From: Tubiluchus corallicola
Lineage: Eukaryota > Animalia > Priapulida
Length of the DNA: 64,000 bases
Assembly: GCA_030141605.1 (NCBI GenBank)
Contig: JAQGDQ010000276.1
Span: 62,001-126,000 of the forward strand
Direction of reading: 5' to 3'
The notes under the pieces were generated by a model, which was not told the origin of the DNA, did not search any database, and was given only the letters and a program-made list of their open reading frames with translations. Below, one piece after another: positions 20,149-31,700 of this stretch. Position 1 is the first letter of the stretch. Each line of letters starts with the position of its first letter. Both the position numbers and the translations under genes were made by a program.

Positions 20149-20324
20149 ATTGGTTAAAAAATCTGCAAGTCAGCAATCTCATTGTCTCTAAACCAATCAA
20201 AAGTGAAACAGAGACAATGGCAGCGCAACGTAGGTCTGCACTGCAACTCTGTGGAACGCAACTTGAAAAGCTGTGTTGGCGTAATTTAAAATTCAAAAAG
20301 TGCAGATTAGTAGGCCTATATTTA
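20149..20324 (+). promoter_or_regulatory. Candidate promoter of the peptide gene
   Basis: ATTGG near 20150, CCAAT near 20193, TATA-like TATATTTA at 20317-20324, about 130 nt upstream of the ATG. Confidence 0.3.
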
Positions 20325-20450
20325 CCACAAGAAAATATTAGCTTGCACCAAAAGTGTCTACTAGAAACAGCAGAGAGGCCACCAACTGGCATCAAGTACC
20401 TCCAGTAATCACATGCAGCATTTTGTTTTGGCTTGAAGAACTCTTTCAAG

Positions 20451-20720
20451 ATGAGTCTTACTGTTAAGCTGCTGATGGCAGTGGTTTGCATCTCTCTGTT
20501 TTTGGATTCTACCTGTGGCTTAAGAGAAATTTTACCTGGCCCACTTAAAAGATCGTTGAAAAAAAGAGCTAGGAACTGGACTCGCGGACGGGACAGGAAT
20601 CGGAATCAAAGTCATGGAAGGGGCTGGGGGAATCCCATGCAGGACCGGATATGTAGAAGGTTGTGTCCTCGAGGTCTGGGAGGAAATCTGTGTCAGTGTG
20701 ATATGTTAATCCTGGGTTGA
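20451..20720 (+). CDS. Small secreted cationic Cys-rich peptide precursor (89 aa), family unassigned
   Basis: ATG in aagATG context; hydrophobic signal peptide MSLTVKLLMAVVCISLFLDSTCG; KR and KKR sites; Arg-rich mature region with CRRLCPRGLGGNLCQC; C-terminal Gly before TGA; more GC-rich than flanks; AATAAA at 21194. Confidence 0.7.
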   Translation: MSLTVKLLMAVVCISLFLDSTCGLREILPGPLKRSLKKRARNWTRGRDRNRNQSHGRGWGNPMQDRICRRLCPRGLGGNLCQCDMLILG

Positions 20721-22244
20721 AAACTGGAAGGTGGCATTCTCACTTGGACATATCTCACATGATCTCGGTTTTTTTACCGTAATGAAGAAAAACTTTATCC
20801 ATGGTGTAGCGCTAATCGATGTTTCTATTATTGAGTTTAAAAACTTATTTGAGATTTCTCTGATGTGGCAATAACCTAGATACAACCCTGTCAAATTTTG
20901 AAATGTCTAACTTGGAACACGTAAATTATTACAGTGCTGTTATCAGAACTACTTATATTAAGACCACTCTGCTAAATTTCATTGCTCATGCTTTTCGTGT
21001 TTCGTGTTTCATGTACTCTGCAGTTAAGCTAGTATTTATTTAGATTTCATTTTGCTCTTATTAATTATTTTATAGTAAACACAAAAACGAAAATCTGAAT
21101 TGGGCACCTTAAAAGTTTGACAGGAAGTTCTTCAGGAACACCATCTTCAATACTATTTCTTTCGATATTGCAAACAGCAATGTGTTTTGATTTAATAAAG
21201 TAAAAATACTCTGACGCAATCTTTAAATACATGTTTTGCTGTCCACTATCCAGTCAGTTTAGTTATAATGACTTACTAGAGGCAGGGCGCTCGTGAGTAA
21301 TTATCACTTGACAATGTGTTCTGGTCCATGTAAGGCCTCGACAGTTTTCCAATCATTCAGTGTTGCTGGCTAAAACTGGGTGCTTAACAGAACAACAACG
21401 ACAACAACAACAAAAATAAAAATGATATAATGGTAATGAAACTTTTGCCATGGAAGTATAAATGACAATGGAATTTTCTACAACTGCTTAACATATTTTC
21501 TTACTTAAAAACCACAATTTTTCATAGTGATACATTTTCTAGGTGATACTCCCTGCTAATGATTATAAATTTAATCATCGCGCGAGATCCATATCGTCAT
21601 CATCCCAGCTGAAATGCTTCTCAATTGTGACCATTTTGTCAAAGTGACGCAACTGTTCGCAATTAATCGTTGCGTTAATCCTTCACAATTACTGAGTTAG
21701 CATTGCCAGAAGCCGTGGAGTTTTAGACAAAGATCCCAACCTGCTGAGGTTGGTATAACAGCTGGGCTCAGCCGATATGCAACAACACTGTATCATGTAA
21801 ACATGCACTACTGTCATCAACGTTCTTGTTATTATATGTACTATTTGTCCCAAGATTTAAACCACAATCCCTTTAGTTAATTAACAGAGAAACAGTTTTA
21901 TTTCAATTGATGATAGACCACCGAATTAAAATCTTTAAAGCCTTACACTGCGGGAGACAAAATACAGAGAAAAGGCCGACAGCGGTCCAGCGAGTCGCTC
22001 ATCAATTTTGTTCCATATTTTGTAGCTCATGCAACGCATAGAATTTTAACTTCTCGATTTTGTATGCATTACGAAATAAATTCGAGTAATAATTCTTATA
22101 ATTTAAATAATGTTGTAAATTATGGAGCATAGAAAATGTAAAAGTTCTCATATAATCTGTTATCAGCGAATTAATTCTATTGCAATAATTTTGCGAATAT
22201 AGATCGCTCACACAAATTGTATGCCGTTTTTCTTTAGACATCAT

Positions 22245-22427
22245 TGTTTATTTGTTCGCGTGCTTGTTTTCTTGCTTGCTTGTTTGCTTACTTGTTTTTT
22301 ATTTGTATATATGTTCGCATATTTGTTTGTTTGCTTACTTACTTACTTCCTTGATTGCTTGTTTGTCTGTCTGTCTGCCTGACTGACTGTCTGTCTGCTT
22401 GCCTGTCTGTCTGTCTGCCTATCTGTC
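22245..22427. repeat. Compound tetranucleotide repeat (TTGC/TTGT/TTAC/TGTC)n
   Basis: Visible. Confidence 0.85.
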
Positions 22428-23332
22428 GAATGAAGTGCAATAGAAAATTTAAAATGCACATTATCTTCTGATTTTGTGGTAAACTGTCTGGGAAATACGG
22501 AAAATCACAGTCATGCCCTCTGTAACTATATACTCATTGTAGATAGCTGTGGCAGTCTGGAATTACTTGGGAACACTTAGTATCTATGAGAATCGTCTAT
22601 ATAAAACACTGATCCAGCTGACGTGTCTTAACCATATTGACATCTGTATACATCCTTCAACGACAAAGACAATATCCAGAATCGTTATAAGAGACGGAAA
22701 ACGCCAAAAGCAGTTGTTTCTGGCGGTCACCCATCCACATTCCAATCAAGTCCCGGATAATTTTCGAGCCAAGCACACATCATGCTAACCAGTTATTCTT
22801 CTCGCCCGACGAATTTTACGCAGAACATACTGCAATATATAAACAAAAAAATAAAAAGCATTGCAACTTTGCGACCATCTCTGTCATTAGACCTACTCAC
22901 TTTGTCTCAGAGCTTTAGGTCTCCCTTTCACAAGCAGCAGTTCAAATTTATGTTATCACAATTAAGACGCCAATGTTGGCTATTATTCGGAAGGTGGGTA
23001 TTAACAACGAAAATGTTTTCTTAACAAGGCTAACAAAACCTATTGCTATCACGGCAAGCTGCTCTTCGCAACCACCCACTGACATTCACAATTACCCACT
23101 TTGTACAACCAATACACAACCACCCTAACACTCTAACATCTCTAACAAATGTTCTCCGGGGTGGGGTGAACACAATCGTGCTCAACTGACTAGAAAATCC
23201 TGCGAACAATAATCATGAATGCCTGAACAGAATAATTAGAATAAGTTAATGAACCGCCTGCTTAGTTTAATGGCGGGGGACGCGTTGCTAAGAAGGCATC
23301 GTTTACACCAACGCGAGCACACAACAAGCAGT

Positions 23333-23696
23333 TGTAACAGATCCGAGCGGGGCTCATACTCGTGGGGTAGTTCCCCTGAAGGTGGATAATGCCTTCTTAC
23401 ACACTGTGCTCTGAGCCATGTGATGAGTTGATTGAGCTGCAAGAAGAAAACGGAGAGTACGCCATCAGACCCATGACCACAAGGCGCTCTCTGCATTCTG
23501 GGATAGAAAGCCAGACGTTCATCTGATTAAGTACACAGATCCATGCGATAGAAGCAAAAAACGCAGAGTATCAATTGTAAATATTTTTGCGGTTTAGTTT
23601 TGCTGGCAGAGTTGTTGTTGTATCTACGAGCAACTGTGCTAATAATTATTTCTGCTTGTCAATAAAAGTTCTAAATGACCCCTCTCGGCAGTTACA
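23333..23696 (+). mobile_element. Solo-LTR-like element (364 bp)
   Basis: Starts TGTAAC and ends GTTACA, with an imperfect inverted repeat of about 18-20 bp; AATAAA at 23661, about 30 nt before the end; GC-richer than flanks; no clear TSD. Confidence 0.55.
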
Positions 23697-24588
23697 CGAT
23701 ACTGAAGCCAACATCTGGAAACTTTCGGCTCTCACTTGATTACTACGTCCCTCAAGCTTCACATTGAGTGGGTGCAACCAAGTGGAAGTAACTGCTGCGA
23801 ATTTACATGAGCTTTGATTAACTATTAGCTACAATCGTATATTAAACATTATGCTTTAAAATACTTAACTCTTTGGAAGTACTGCTTGTCAAACAAAATT
23901 CTGGCTTTTCAGGGTTAAGCCTACGGTCTGCTTGTGTTACTTTGTGATGCTAACAGTTAACGATAAGATGAATCGAAATGACATTGTGACAACTATTTTA
24001 GCATCACTTTTTCTTCTAAATATTATGCCTAATATTGTACAAGTTGTACAATTGAAAAGGGTGCACAGAAAAATCATTTACTGTTTGTCTAAAAAGCCAA
24101 TCATTTTGAAATAATGCGCCCATTACCTCCTACACGTAAATAAGTTTGTTAATACGAAATAAAACTTTTTATTTTGTCACGACAAATCCGTAACAACATA
24201 CTATTACAAATTTCAACGCTATTTTGAAGAAACACGTTAAACAATTATTTTAAAACGAACGTTAATTATTCAAAATAACTTGCTCATTTACTTGAAATTG
24301 GTAATTGAAAAATTGATAAACATATTAATAAAATCACAAAACACCGTATAAAATATAAAGAACAAAAATCGTGACGCGTTTGTAATTAAAAATCAATCCA
24401 AAGTTATAAAAAAGTAATTATTTCGTAAACAATAAGTACACCTATCTTTTCACTTACATACTCGCGTACTTGTTGACTTGCTTACTTTCTTGCCTCCTTG
24501 CTTCCTGATTTGCTTGTTTGCTTATTTACAGAATATACGATGACGCTATGGGTATTTTTTCTTAGTGTATTTTCGGGTACCATAAAAA

Positions 24589-24669
24589 CGTTTCGAGCGT
24601 TTATGATAAATTTCAATATCTTCTACCACGTATCGAGCGTTTATGATAAATTTCAATATCTTCTACCAC
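24589..24669. repeat. 40-bp tandem duplication
   Basis: TCGAGCGTTTATGATAAATTTCAATATCTTCTACCAC occurs twice. Confidence 0.95.
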
Positions 24670-27396
24670 AAATATTTTATCTTCAATTTCAATGTTGTGA
24701 TGCTTCTTAAAAAAACCTTTGAAGAAAACATATCAATATCGTCATGTTGAAATCCTTGTCACGCTGTTTATAAATATGGATTTGTCTTTCGGCATCAACC
24801 TAAAAGTGTTCAAGTGTACCTCAGAGGTTGTTGAAAATTCATTAGATATTCATACTGTTTCGTGGCCAAACAAAGTTATCCTCGAAATCAAAGCGATATG
24901 TGAACAAAGCTGCGTTAACATGCTCTTTACACACAAGGCGAGCGCCTCAGTCTGTGAGCTTTGATATTAAGTTGTCACAAGCAAGAAGGAGAAGCTATAC
25001 TTAAGGTATAGAAGGTACAACACGAATGAAATCAGCACAAGATTAGATGCCTAACGTTATATAGGTTATATGAAGATTCGTCAGGGAAACGTCAAATAAG
25101 TCTGCACATCTAGCCACGATGCAAAAAAGCTCAAAAATTAGAATTGCTTTCTTTAATCACTTCACCTTCGTAATGATATATTTTCATTTTGTATATGTTC
25201 GTTCACTATCCGAGATTGTTAAGATTTTAATCATACATTTAAGTAACTGTTGTACTTCCTTAATTGTTCCGTAACTGTTGCTGGGTTTGAAACACTATAT
25301 AGATTCGCCATAGAGATCACGTAACCACTTTTAAACTATCTAGTAATTATTAAGTGACTTATGAGTATAAAGATCCGTAACTGCAAAAAATTGCTATACA
25401 ATGAGAGACACTAACAATACTATAATTACCTAGTCTTTTGTTTTTGTATTCGTGGGATACTTAACACATCGATTTGCCGTAATTTAGCAGAACGTGAAAT
25501 AAATAACATAAATTCAATTCGTTTGAAGCTCATTTTTAAATATTGCATCTATACAAGTTTAAAATAAAAAAAGAAATTACATGTTTACTTCCTATAAATA
25601 AATATTTATTCAATTTATACTAAAACTGTTGCGCTAGTTAATGAGACTGTGTAGCAAACAAGAAAATACTTGGTCCCGAATCTATTTGTGCCAGATTTTT
25701 TTCAAAAAGTGTTTCTCAAAAAAAGGCTTAGGGCTACGATAGTTGATTTAGTAGTCATATAAACAAATGTTAAAAATGAACATAATTAATATTGTACGTG
25801 TATAATTCTGTGTGTCTGCGAAGTTAAGCAACTTTATAGTTTTGAATTTTCACAGGTAGGTAGCGTTTTTGCGTTTTTGCAAGTGATTTTGTACTAGTCA
25901 TTAAACACAAAGCAAAACAAATGTGGTGATCAAGCTAATGGGTTATAAAATTAAGATATATAGCTTTTTTTGGGTATTACTGATATGCATTTATAGAATA
26001 AAGATTATGCACACAAACTAATAGCAAATATGATTTTAGTATAGGCTTAATTATTTGGTGGTGACTAATATTATACAAAATGACTGTTGTAAAATATTAT
26101 TGAAATCGTTTAACTTTTTGGCAGAATTCTTGGAAAGGTTCTTGGAGTTTTTGTACAACTTCGTTCTTCAGCTTGGCAACTTTACATTCTATATTGTTCT
26201 ACTAACGAACTAGACATGTAAATTTTGTAAAACACTACTAATCCAGGAACACAAACTTCGCTAAATAATAGTTATTATCACTTCTTTTAGAATTATTCAA
26301 GGATTTGCCACTTTGCCCATTCTCTGACTTGGGTCTTAATGCCCTTGAATAGCAGGAATTCCCAGTATTCTCTATTATAAAATATCGGATTCCTTATTAA
26401 AGTTATAATTATAGAGTGGAAAATGATTTGATCATTGAAGCTCTCCTGATCACGCCAACTTTTTTGAAAATTTAAAATTTCTTAAGCTTTTCCTGTTTTC
26501 TGATCAGAACTTAAGGGAACATTATCTATTTGCATTGGGGTTTTGTATATATATTGTTTCCAAATTGGACTAGAATCTCGGTATTATTCTTTTGTCTAGT
26601 TGTTTGCTGACGATGACCGAAACTCAAAATTTAAACACAGCTACTTGTTTTATGTGGGCGTTAGACCTCCTCTAGATAGTTAACTTCTCTTTATGCTCTG
26701 TTGTTTTTTTCATTTTTTCCAGAAAAAATCTTGCTTTCATAAAAATTCAGGACTAGGCGTTTCCCTATTTATTGGACGGAGTCACAATAACCAAAACGCA
26801 ACATCTCTATAAATACAACAAACATTCATTTAGGAAGTAAAAACACAATTGACCAGGCGCGCACAGCAAATGAAAATGTGCATTTTGTTTACTTTGCTTT
26901 AAAATGATCCATTTGCCAAAGGAGAAAAGGCAGATTATTGTGTGTGTCATCATCCTTTGACGATTGTTGAGCACTACACGGGCAAACTTAAAATACATTA
27001 TTGCTTCCATTAGGCCGTCCAAGTTTTGCGCTTAAGAATGTTTGAAAAGATTTTCCGACTAGTAAGTGTGCGAAAGTAAATTCGTGTTTGGCGTCAGTGT
27101 CAACAGTTGTATTTTCATAGAAGCTGTTGAAATAGACGCAGATTAGCGCCGGCTAAAGGTTTTCACGTGAAATGTACACGTTTGTATAGGCGTTACAATA
27201 CCAGCACTCAGCTACACAAACTTTGTTCTTTTTCAATGGGTCCATTACGCAAAGAATAGTCCTATTCGATTACTATACGGTTTGCTTTTGCGTTATTATT
27301 GCTTTCTCTTGAGTCGATAGTAAAGATTTTTACTGCCACAGTGCTACTGGCACCTTCCCAACAAATGGTAACACGTATAAATACGTTTGCTTCTTG

Positions 27397-27398
<2 letters not shown>

Positions 27399-27450
<52 letters not shown>

Positions 27451-27491
27451 TGAGTATATATATATATATATATATATTGAGTATATATATA
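27399..27491. repeat. (CA)n(TA)n compound microsatellite with duplicated TGAG(TA)n unit
   Basis: Visible. Confidence 0.95.
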
Positions 27492-27697
27492 AACTCAATA
27501 CGTTTATGTTAATATTTGTAACAACCTAAGAACGTTAAGAAATCTCCTATGTGTATTGGTGGTTTAATGGTGATGCACATTTTTACGCACGTCAAGAAGT
27601 TGATTACCATTAAAAAGTTTGAGATATTATTTACTTAACACTCCAACATGACAATATTTCGTTGAAGAGGACATATGTACAACAGAATATGGTAAGA

Positions 27698-28773
27698 TAG
27701 CTGCCGTCAAAGGACCACCGGACAAAGAAGCTCAGGTCAAGAGATAACCAGACAAGGACCACCTTAATGCTTTAAAAGTGGTCAGAGTACCACGCATCAT
27801 GGGTGGACTAAGGAGCACCGGTCAAATGACCGCCAGTGGTTGTGCTGACAGCCTGACAGCAGCTTTAGTGAAATTGTAACTTTGACTTAGCGTTAACGTG
27901 TTATTTAATAAAGAGTGATTGATAATTTAGGTGATAATGTTAATGACTGATAACATGATTGATAATATATTTCGTACATTAAAAAAGTAGATAACTTTGT
28001 AAGAAAAGGTAAAATACTCAACTGCGCACAGGACTTACAGATAAAAGACTAACAAATATCCAAGACTAACAGATAAAAAAACTAATTAGATGTTTTAAAA
28101 ACATTAATAAAAAATCGTTTTTATTAAATAACATTAAAGACAAAGTTTGTGAATAAAATTGAAATCACTTGTTATAAGCTACACATCAAGATGCCATTAT
28201 CAAATTGTTTTGTTAAAACTATTAAAGTTAAACTCAATTTTTTTATACATTTCAAAAGCCTTTAACAATTTAAATTTTAAATTCTACACTGAATTATCGT
28301 CAGTGGATTTCAGGAAAACGTTGTCAGCCAATAACAGAAGGAAATTGACGCTTTTCAAATAGTAAAGAGTTTCATTAAATTATTAAGAATTAAAAAGTCT
28401 GACAAAATATCTAATGACGATTTCTAAATTTTTCAAAAATTTTCTAATGTTTTTTTCAAATTTAAGCACTATCGAATTAAACAATGCAAAATAACAGTAT
28501 TTCTGACCTAATGAGTAAAGCATGCTGAAAAATAAATAATGCAGAACTTTACAGTATAACCTCTGCAAATAACTGATATAAATATCTCAATACAAGGCAC
28601 AGTGTATCTTGTATCATCTTTCGGCTGACATTTACCTATCTGCTAATTTTTATTTGGTGATCGTTTGACTGGGGGTCCTTTGTCTTTTCAGGTGAATCTT
28701 TGACCGATGGTCCTTTGTCTGGTGATCCTTCGAGCTGTGGTCCTGTGATTGGTTGTCCTTCGACCAACAGTCC
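27698..28773. mobile_element. Non-autonomous DNA transposon (MITE/foldback-like) with inverted arrays of about 15-bp subrepeats
   Basis: Left end has repeated GGTCAAAGGACCACC-like units (27700-27835); right end has the reverse complement GGTGGTCCTTTGAC-like units (28655-28770); AT-rich non-coding interior. Confidence 0.75.
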
Positions 28774-31700
28774 AGTGACTAGGAAAGTGAAAAATCAACC
28801 TACGCAATGGTCCGTAGAACCTTTGTGCCAAATGTGAGTCTTTTACGACAAAATGTCGCCATGACAGCTTTCAAGATAAATGCGAAAACTACAACAACAA
28901 AATAGCAACAACAACAATAACAATTAACATTATCAAGAAATAACAGCCGAAGTGAACGAAATCAAACAACATTTGTGTCGGCTGGTGATAAGTAAGTATA
29001 TATTTTGCGGTTCCTCCGAGCAATAGGCATCCCTCCTTTTATACGCCCGGTGGCAAATACACACATTCTCATGAAAGCAACCTGCAGCTAGTCACTACAA
29101 ACCTGGCTTAAAATAATTATAACGTAGCCTCATAGCAGCAACAGTTACATCGATCGCTCAGATTACAAAACTGATGTACTAGAATAGGGTGCCAGTGTGC
29201 GAAGTAAAAGATACAGAAATAACTACTGTCGCTGCTTCCGTTGCCATATCCACCGCTACCGCACTACGGTCAAAGTTTAAAGACTATTTTTAGATATATT
29301 TTTACAGTCTCCTACGCGCATAATACAAGCTAGATATATGATCCACTTGGTTAGTTGTCAAACCAAGAAGGCTGAAGAAGGTCTTTTTGTATCGTTTTTT
29401 ATTATTGCCTTCCCTTTATACAACGGCACGCATTCTACAAGGCGGGTTTCTCAGTTCTCCAACAGGTACGTGTTAATATAATATATCGAGTTCTCCCTTA
29501 TCAGACCGTTTCTTAGGAAAAACAGAAGAGCTCTACTCCTCTTACTAGTTAATACTTTTTTAAAAACTTTCCTAAAATCTACTAAACTTCACCACACTCT
29601 TGCACTAGCTTCGAGCGCAAATATGAAATAAGTCATGTTTCTATCATACAGTTCTACTAAACCGGAACCCAACCTAAACAGCAGGACCTACTACCGTAAT
29701 ACTGAACGGTTGCAGTAGGAATGGAAAATATCTAGTGAGTCCACAGTGAACAATCAACTTATGAGATAGGGTTTGAATTTACATTTCGATAGCAAACTGC
29801 TATTTAAGTGTATAACTCGACTTTACACTTAAACTAGTTTTTTATTTCTAAACTTACTTTTCAGATTTATTTCACCTAATCTACTATTGGCGATCTCCAA
29901 GTGTCATGTTTAGTTTTTCAGCAAACTGAGCAAAGGCCCATGCTATGTTTGCAATAATATTGTCGTTAGTTTCACATGTGCCACAAGTCGCTGGTAGGGG
30001 ACACTCGCTGTCTCAGCTACAACACTAAAGTTCACGACATAAATCCACAGTAAACAACATACGATCTCCTTTAGATTTACATTTCAATAACAAACAGTAG
30101 TGAAAGTGACATAACGAGACGGTACACACAAACATAGTTGGATATAGAGTTTAAGATGCTGACAGCGTCTTAGCTGTGTGGATACACCTCGCTAATACTA
30201 CAGTGAAAACACACTAAGCTTTTGAATGCCACAAGATATAGCAAATGTTATTTCTGGCTGTGTCAGTAAACAGACAGGTTCCCGCCACGAGACTGATTTT
30301 CTTCTTCTCGTGACAAATGTTATGAAAAGCAAGGACGTAGCTATCCCTTTATGCAATTTTTGGCCTAAATCTCCAAATTGTGAATAAAACGAGATAGTAA
30401 TAAAAATGCATACTGAAAAGCAAATCTGTAATTGCGATGAACGGATAAGCTCGACCCTTCAAATCTAAGTGAGACATAAAAGCAAACCATAGCAAAAAAG
30501 GGCAGGGCATCTTTTTTGATATGCGTTACTGTCTTAAGAGTCATAAAATGTATTGTCTAAAAAAATTGCTGCAATTGTTTCTAAAATCTTCAAATAGATC
30601 CATTAGACCACATATGACACAATTTCACTCGTAGATAACTTACTAGCTTATCAGCAGGGGTAGTGATGACTTCAGAAACAGCCAAAATTTGGTGTCAGTG
30701 ACAGGACTAAAACAGGATCATTGATGTATTATATCACCAAAGCCATTGCAATCAGATGCCTAACGCTATTAGTGACGAGCGTATACTGTTTTAAATGTTT
30801 GCTAAACGTTTTCGTTGCAAGCAGGATGATGTGTGCGTGGTGTCTATTTCGTTTGGACAGCCACGAGAGTAGAAATAAACATTTTCCAAGCCACAAATAG
30901 GCAGCTTGTACCGAGAAGCTCGATAACCTGTTAAATTTCTTTAATTAGAAAGAGAATAATAAAAAAGAATTCGCTAAATTTATAAAAGAATTAGTCTTCA
31001 CACAACATGGCAAAATTAATTTTAATGTAAAGGTCTTCAATTAGCCTATATGCGCCTTTATAAACGCTATGACATATGCAACATGATACAGGACTAGAAA
31101 ATAACAACACCGACCTATGTTTTACATAGAAATACAAATTTCAGATTATTTTAAACGATTTCTGTACAATTGTAAACAGGTACCAATAAATCTTTGAACT
31201 CCTGTTCACAGGCTGCGGATAATATTTTTCAATTAAAAGAACACAGGATGATTCTTCATATACTACCCTATTTTCAAGTCCGATAAAAAGTATATATTTT
31301 AACACAATTAATACTGCAAAAGCGTTTCTGGTAATTAAATAATAGATTAAAAACTTAATTAACGGTCGGCGAACTCAACTGTTGATGACATCACAAACTA
31401 ACATAATTTTCAATAGCAAAAATATTCCACCAGCATGTTGCACGTATTTGCGAAAGCGAAAATTGAAGTACAGTGCCACTGTAAGACATTCAGTGTGTTG
31501 TAGTAAAACTAAGCAAGTTTTAAGATAAAAATTCAAATTTGAAATTTACCGCTGTGCTCACGCAAAAGCTGTCGAACGTGTGTAGTTCGTCACAAGCTAG
31601 CATATCTGAACTGAGAGGTACAGTACCTGTTTTTCGTGCAATGCAGACGCTAGTGCCCGTCAAGCTAGTGAATGGCGAAATGCTACTAGTGGCGCGAACG

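Noticed and set aside
20217-20408. 63-aa ORF in frame upstream of the peptide gene
   Set aside because: Separated by TAA, overlaps the presumed promoter, no recognisable motif.
24589-24669. Short direct repeats as possible CRISPR-like array (also 7985 and 27700 regions)
   Set aside because: Only tandem duplications or TE subrepeats without unique spacers; eukaryotic context with no cas genes.
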